Of a stretch of DNA of 64,000 bases, positions 57,725 to 64,000 are shown piece after piece; the first letter of the stretch is position 1; every line of letters starts with the position of its first letter. The DNA is taken from contig CDRNVI010000056.1 of assembly GCA_977017575.1 (NCBI GenBank), forward strand, positions 1 through 64,000, in the 5' to 3' direction. The DNA comes from Paramoeba atlantica. Taxonomy: Eukaryota > Protista > Discosea. Below the pieces are notes generated by a model. It was not told the DNA's origin and did not search any database. It worked only from the letters and a program-made list of their open reading frames with translations. Position numbers and translations under genes: made by a program.

Positions 57725-59351
57725 CAGGGGTTTAAATTTGGATGTGGGGGGGTCTAAATTTTCTAAAACTTGGCCAATTTTAAAAAATAATAGCGCATTC
57801 GAGAGATCTCGAACAGGGCTCATGAACGTACATGCACGGCATCTGCGTTAATTACATTTTCGAGTGCACGTAAAAACCTTAGTTTTTTGGGAGACAAAAG
57901 CTTGCATTTTTCACAGTTTTTCTGATTTCTCGCATGATTCATGCTACAAAGACGGGGTAGTGGGCGATCACCCGAACATAAAGACTACTAAAGGGCTTAT
58001 TTTTCGCCTGGGCACGTAAAAGCAAGCTGGTGCATGGTTCTTGTTGCTGATTACGAAACAGCACTATCTTTTTCGCGCTAAAAATTCATGTTCCATAGTG
58101 GGCGACTTCAAAAATGGTTGAGCCCCTCGGAATCGTGCAGATTTGATCATTGCGATTGAAGCAGCGTTTCAAGGCCCCTGAAAATTTCATGAAGAGCTTT
58201 CGAAAGCATGTGATGCTGTATTGTGATTGAGATTAATCGACGATAATTGCGGTGGTTGTAAAACTACCGCTCTACACTCGATTATTGAAAAAAAAGTGAA
58301 CAAAAACAGTGAAAATATAAAGAGGAACACAGTAATATAATAGAAGAAAAAAATATAAAAGGGGGCTCCGGTGGTCCAAAACTGAAAAAAAATTTTGAAA
58401 AAAATGGGGGGTCCATGGGGGGGGTCCAGGGGGGGGGGGCATGGTCGAGCAAATTTTTTCGAAAAAATTAGTTTTCGAAACAAAACCGCAGAAAGGGTAG
58501 CCGGGGTCTTGGCGCGCATTTTCCACCCCCCTACCCGGGGGTGACCCCCCCGCGTATCCGCAGGACGGGTCCGCCAAGTTCGGATTTTTTGGGAAAAAAA
58601 ATTTTGAAAAAAAAATCAACTTGGCGAAAAAAATGACAAAAAAAATAGTTTTCCAAAATCGTTTCCCCTATTGTATTTTGATAGTTTGGGACCCACACTA
58701 GCTTTCTCCGCAGTTGTTTTCGCAAGGTATCACTTCTTCGAACCGTGGTGCGCCCCTCAAAATGACCCATTTTTGACTAAAAAAGGTGAAAAAGTATTTT
58801 TCGGACCTAAAGGGGCATTTTTGTGTCGAAAGAATGGTATGGTTGGAGTCGTATTCTCTACCCAATACGTTCGGTAGGCTTCCATTCATGCCTGCGAGTG
58901 ATTTCCCATGCGCAAATGTCGGATTTAGTGCTCTGAGAGCAAAAATACGCGAAAATCATCCCATTTTTACCCGAAATACGGCTATTTTTGGCTATAATCT
59001 TTCCGTTTTCCAGGCTAAATTTTCTTTTCTAGGCTCTTTGTTAAACGCGGCGGTAGTTTTCAACGCGAAGCGCGCAGCATGAGTGACTTCTAAGTTGAAA
59101 ACAACCACCGCGTTTAACGAAGAGCCTAGAAAAGAAAATTTAGCAATTTTTTTTTTTCGATATTTGCTATTGCTTTAGAAAGTTGCAAATAGCGGGGGCT
59201 CTTTGTCTAGGGGGCAATACCCCTTTGTGCCTAGTTCGGCCTTGTTACGTTCATGAGCCCTGTTCGAGAGCTCTCGAATGCGCTATTATTTTCGAAAATT
59301 GACCGAGTTTTACAAAATTTAGACCCCCCCACATCCAAATTTACACCCCTG
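57725..59351. mobile_element. Non-autonomous CAGGGG-TIR element carrying a nested Helentron-like insert
   Basis: ~110-bp TIRs ending ..AACAGGGCTCATGAACGTA and TA duplication. Separated from the previous element only by TATATA. Confidence 0.88.
58245..59146 (+). mobile_element. Full-length Helentron/HINE-like non-autonomous element
   Basis: 5' subterminal GCGGTGGTTGT with an adjacent partial IR, 3' ACAACCACCGC (59101-11) inside a ~50-bp-arm hairpin, and TT / T-run flanks. Confidence 0.55.
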
Positions 59352-60584
59352 TATTTGCAGCACGGAATTCTTTCAGGCGGAAGCAGCTGTACTCTTCGGC
59401 AATACATCGGAAAAACATCTCATGCCGTTCAAAATCTCACTCACTCACTACATACTAACACTCTATCAAAGAGTTAGTTGAGTGTTTAGCTGTACATACC
59501 AATATTCTTCATCTTCCTCGTATGACTTCGAAGCCATTTGTATCACATCTCGGGATTTCTCCTCGATAAACTCAACCATGCATACAAGGCAGTATTTGCC
59601 TGCAGTATTTGTACAAAGCAGTAGTTTCCTGTCCTGGTTAGAAATGGCGTTTCGTCGTTTCTACCGCGGCCAACGCTTTGCTTCGATTATGCATTCCCGT
59701 CCCGTAAACACCGGATGGTTATACACCCATGGATTGTACACCCATGGATAGCAGTGTCCGCCCGGCCTATCACATGTCGATTTTTTGATCTGTTTTTGCT
59801 CATTTTTGTTGCAAACGAGAGATCTCAATCCCCTAACGAAGAGTTTTCCCCTTTTTTTCATAGGGACCCCCTGGTGCTCTGGTGGTGATCCTAACGTATA
59901 GACCAAAAACAAACAATAGCATATTAAAGAGCCAGAAAAGAAGCATCTTCTCACTGATAAAATAAGAAAAAAGGGAACGAATCAACTCGGTTCACATATT
60001 TACGGTTCACAGTATCGCTTTTTACAAATACTAGTATTTGTTTATACTATAGTAAGTATTGTCTATATTTCTTCGGATCTGATATAAATCACACGTAGGT
60101 ACCGGCGTTCGTTCGATTAAAAACCGTTTGGCTACAGCCGCTATCTTGACGAGGCTTGTGCTACGAATGACATGACGATACGAATCGCATCATACCTGGA
60201 TTTGTACCTGGGTAGTCGAACGCTTAACATACCCCTACATAGGGGAGGGGGAGGTGAAATGATGCCTGCAACTCGCAGGCTGCGAGGTAGTTTTCGATTT
60301 AAACGCAATCCCCGTAAGTAGTGGCACAACGCGTTGGGCATGAACGTCATGTAATCCTACGAAAAAACGCAGTTATTTTTTGTGCATGCGTGTAGTAGAT
60401 GGAGCGATGCCACATTCTTTGGTCAGCGTTTAGTACGAGCAAGGAGAACTGCTCGTCGGAATTCATGCTGATAAATTTGGCGGGGGCGGAATATGTTAAA
60501 TCATATTACTTACCAGAACTACTTACCATACTATACACTGTATATACTATATTTCTTTTTCTGTAGTTTCTTGCACCATCAAGA

Positions 60585-61205
60585 ATGATTCCATACTTGT
60601 TGTTGGAGGACGCGAACTGCGGTATTCGAAAGCCTGCGAAAGTGTCTGGTGTGCCTTTGCCTCCTCAATACGATTTATTACGACTTTTGCAAGACGTCGA
60701 AAATCTGCTTCCTTCATGGAACAGTACTACTCCGGCTTGTGAGTGGGAACAAGTGAGTTGTAAACCATCCGGACAAATTGCTGCCATTTATTGGTGTGAT
60801 AAAAAGTTTCGAGGAAGTTTAATTTGGAATTACTTACCTTCGAAGCTTGAACGGCTGAACGTGGCGCGTAACCAGCTCTCGGGTGATGTTCCTTTTGATG
60901 TATTGCCCGCTACGCTGAAGGGTATCAACTTGTCAAACAACCGTTTTAGTGGAACGCCCTCCTTTCGTTATTTGCCCGCACTTAATGGGGTTGGGTTGCG
61001 CGCAAATAATTTTGAAGGATGGGTCAATTTTGAATTTCTTGCTCTTTCGGTTAGACATTTATTTGTAAATGACAATCTAATGTTACAAGGGTCGCTGAAC
61101 GTTGCAGAGCGCGCCAAAATGAACTATGACATTAACAATACTAATATTTCTTCGAGCAACGGTGAGTTGAGTGCATTTCCAGACACATTAACAATCGTAC
61201 ATTGA
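60585..61205 (+). CDS. LRR protein (short)
   Basis: PAKVSGVPLPPQYDLLRL..SWNSTTPACEWEQVSC cap plus ~4 LRRs. Confidence 0.88.
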   Translation: MIPYLLLEDANCGIRKPAKVSGVPLPPQYDLLRLLQDVENLLPSWNSTTPACEWEQVSCKPSGQIAAIYWCDKKFRGSLIWNYLPSKLERLNVARNQLSGDVPFDVLPATLKGINLSNNRFSGTPSFRYLPALNGVGLRANNFEGWVNFEFLALSVRHLFVNDNLMLQGSLNVAERAKMNYDINNTNISSSNGELSAFPDTLTIVH

Positions 61206-62330
61206 TAATGCACAATTTGGAAATTTAAAGTGTTTTCAAAAAAGTGAAAAATCGCTTGTCTGCGACAGAAATGGGCGGGTGCTAGGCAAAATGTTTAGTT
61301 AAGGAGCCCAATAAATTCACCTTTGCTCCCAGTGAGGTCCCGGAGTTGCGTGAAGGCCTAGCACGGGGGGTACATTATCCTGTATCACCGTTCGTGCTCT
61401 TTTGAATGTCCCCATCAGACAATTAAATGTCCCATTCAAATTAATTTGAAATGTCCAGATTAGAATAGAAATGTCCCGATAATTTGAATGTCCCGATCAG
61501 ACATCGGGACACTGCCAGCCTGGTGGTTGTGTCATTCCGCATGTCAGCTCTGCATGGATGGTGAACTAGTTGAATAAAAAATGCCCAAAAATAGAAGAAA
61601 AACCGTTAACAATTCATAGAGGCGCGTAAGCCACAGCACGTGCCAACGGGGTTATGCCTTCGACCTGTATCCCCGCGAGGAAGTGAGCAGTTCTCACTGA
61701 GCACGACATTCTCCGATGGGATCGTCGAGCTGAACTTCCTATGGGGCCGCGGTCGTCTTTAACCCTGCGGATTCGCTCAAAGCCCAGGTCGGACGCACCC
61801 CCCTTTTCCTTTTAGTTTTGATTAGACTCATCATTAAACGTGCAACTAACTAAGACTTACACTAGTTCCATCCATGTTTTTGCGTACCTATCTACTTCTC
61901 GGGATACGTAAGGTATTTCCTACCCTGACCAAGCAGCGAATTTCATTGTCCATCACCTTTCCACGCGTATCACACGTGTCCCCGGGCTCTGTACCGGTTT
62001 AGCAGGGTTAAAGACGACCCCATAGGAAATCCTCGGATGAGGCTTCCTGGGCTGCCAAAGCATCCATGCCAAATTCTTCTGCCAGAAGAATCGGTATCGT
62101 ATGCATCCACAGATGCAACCACAGAAACCACTGTGGTTACAGTGGTCACAGTGGCAACCACTGTGGTTGCATACCACGTCGTATGCAACCACAGAAACCC
62201 TTGGATAAGATGAGGGGATAAAGAAACAGAGCTGTGGATGTGTGCTCTAAAAATCATACGCAGGGTCGCTGATCCCTGGCTACTTACTACAAAATTGTAC
62301 TAAAAATAACTAAAGAACTTATGATATCTG

Positions 62331-62415
62331 AACACTACAAATAAGAACACTACAAATAAGAACACTACAAATAAGAACACTACAAATAAGAACACTACAA
62401 ATAAGAACACTACAA
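62331..62415. repeat. 15-bp tandem repeat AACACTACAAATAAG, 5 full copies plus a partial copy
   Basis: Read directly. Confidence 0.95.
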
Positions 62416-62605
62416 TATTAAGAATATTTCTTACGCTACGTCAGTGTCGCTGCTTTCCGTTGAATCACTTTCTATTTCGAACTCAGTATCCTCTGATTCG
62501 CTTTCCATTGAGAATATATAGTCCAGCTTGTCAACATTGCCACGAATGAAAACCTGCTCCGCGATGACTTGCGAAGACAGCGAAGCTTGTCGTGAGTTAT
62601 ACATA

Positions 62606-63918
62606 CAGGGGTGCGGGTCTAAAGGTGGGGGGGGGTCTAAAATTCGTAAAAGTTGTCCAATTTTGGAAAATAATAGCGCATTGGATAGCTCTCACAGAGT
62701 TGTATGTTTTAGGCGCATTAAAATCCTGTGATTTTAACGTACATATTTTTTGATACCACATTTCGCTTTTTTCCCTCGCAGGAATTACATTTTTTACTAG
62801 AAAATGCCCCAAAAGCGCGCTCGCTCGAGGACTTCCCGTGGAGTACTGAGCGATAGATCGTATTCTTCCCCCGCCCCCGTCAAAGAGAGTCACCGCATGC
62901 TTTTGGTGGCGGAATACGAGCGCACAGGATCGTACTCCGCTACGGCGCAGCACTTTGGTGTTCATGAGAACACTGTAAAACGTTGGGTTGAACGTTTTAC
63001 CCTTACAGGTGACGTGTTAACGGCATCCCGAGAGCGTGTCTCGACGGTGGTTACCCCTGCGTTCCTGGATGTGGCTCTCAAACTTGTCGACGAGGGGTAT
63101 CGCGACCTTGTTTACGGTGTAGAGAGCTGGAGCGATCTTCTGCGAGAGATCCGTAGCCAAGGATTCACCTGCAGTCGACGGACCCTAGTCGACACATTGA
63201 AGAAGCAAGGCGTTGTGCTCCGCACTCTTCGGCGACGACCATCACTCACACTCGAACACAAGGAGAAACGGTTGCAATTTTGTAAGGCGATGCTCGAGAA
63301 GAGCGACGCTCAACTCCTTCATTTTGTTTATTGTGACGAAAAGAAGTTTACTTGCGGTCGTGGGCGTTCCGGGCGAACTTACCTTTGTCGGAGCACGGAC
63401 CCCCATAAGGAACAACGAGGCGAGCTAGAATCATGGTACGGCGGAAATGGGATTATGGTTTGGATGGGTGTGAGCGTTTCCGTTCTCCCCTGGCCTGCAA
63501 AATCTCCAGACCTGAATCCGATCGAAAATTTGTGGTCTGTGATGGACACAGACAAAAATCTTCTTCGACCCCGAAATCGACAGCAACTGGAAGCCGCTAT
63601 TGAGGAGTCTTTCCTTAAATTGAAACAGACCCACTCTGCAACGGTTCAGAAAACGTTGAAGAGTTTCAGGAAGCGTTGTGAAATTGTTATTGGTCGGAAC
63701 GGGGGGCACTGTGGTTACTAATTGTCTTTTGCAATCCAAATTACAGAAATTATTGACATCACTAAAGTATTGCAATATGTGTTTTTGACCCTTACATGAA
63801 ATGCTACCTATCCTAAAACATACAACTCTGTGAGAGCTATCCAATGCGCTATTATTTTCCAAAATTGGACAACTTTTACGAATTTTAGACCCCCCCCACC
63901 TTTAGATTCGCACCCCTG
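62606..63918 (+). mobile_element. Tc1-like element (CAGGGG-TIR family)
   Basis: ~107-bp near-perfect TIRs; TA duplication (62604-05 / 63919-20). Confidence 0.94.
62804..63721 (+). CDS. Tc1-like transposase with an in-frame internal deletion that removes the second catalytic Asp
   Basis: VYCDEKKF..IMVWMGVS joins directly to VSVLPWPAKSPDLNPIE. The DN..H segment seen in the 56-57 kb copy is missing. Confidence 0.85.
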   Translation: MPQKRARSRTSRGVLSDRSYSSPAPVKESHRMLLVAEYERTGSYSATAQHFGVHENTVKRWVERFTLTGDVLTASRERVSTVVTPAFLDVALKLVDEGYRDLVYGVESWSDLLREIRSQGFTCSRRTLVDTLKKQGVVLRTLRRRPSLTLEHKEKRLQFCKAMLEKSDAQLLHFVYCDEKKFTCGRGRSGRTYLCRSTDPHKEQRGELESWYGGNGIMVWMGVSVSVLPWPAKSPDLNPIENLWSVMDTDKNLLRPRNRQQLEAAIEESFLKLKQTHSATVQKTLKSFRKRCEIVIGRNGGHCGY

Positions 63919-64000
63919 TATGTGTGTACATAATCAAAAGTGTGTAAATCAAAAGAACACTTCGCTATCTAAGGCACAGATAAGGACGGACCCCCATAAG

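Noticed and set aside
61655-61700. HDV-like ribozyme (TTCCTCGC on the minus strand)
   Set aside because: The P3 pairing is imperfect, and I could not find complementary P1/P2 arms.
62331-62415. CRISPR-like array
   Set aside because: Pure tandem repeat with no unique spacers and no cas genes. The same applies to the other short arrays.
66-63862. The many 60-150 aa ORFs overlapping or antisense to called genes and TIRs
   Set aside because: Shadow frames of real CDSs, or low-complexity and repeat sequence with no recognisable motifs.

Overview
Eukaryotic, intron-free window. It opens with the 3' two-thirds of a GC-rich housekeeping gene (ABCF2, <2-913). The remaining ~63 kb is an accessory region: about 13 short leucine-rich-repeat (LRR) genes and pseudogenes, all on the + strand, embedded in nested and mostly broken transposons. 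Element types seen: IS630-Tc1/mariner (several families), PIF/Harbinger, hAT, Merlin/IS1595-like, probable Helentron-type non-autonomous elements, CRE- and HERO-like RLE non-LTR retrotransposons, and a DIRS/VIPER/TATE-like fragment. The co-directional intronless genes, CRE-like and YR-retroelement remnants, a spliced-leader-like 16-mer and the style of LRR family suggest a non-trypanosomatid kinetoplastid such as a Perkinsela-like organism; this is inference only. The main finding is a complete IS30-family insertion sequence (21145-24909) with ~25-bp terminal inverted repeats, a 2-bp target duplication and a DD33E transposase. Its removal restores a eukaryotic retrotransposon ORF in frame, so this normally prokaryotic family appears to have transposed inside this genome. 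A second, divergent IS30 remnant lies at ~3130-3830. Other findings: a two-gene Harbinger-like element with a zinc-ribbon accessory protein and a CATTG target, a DD46E Tc1-like element, an SL-like sequence at a retro-insertion junction, and concave-face diversification of recent LRR paralogues. No rRNA, tRNA or CRISPR array was recognised. All alignments and counts were done by eye.
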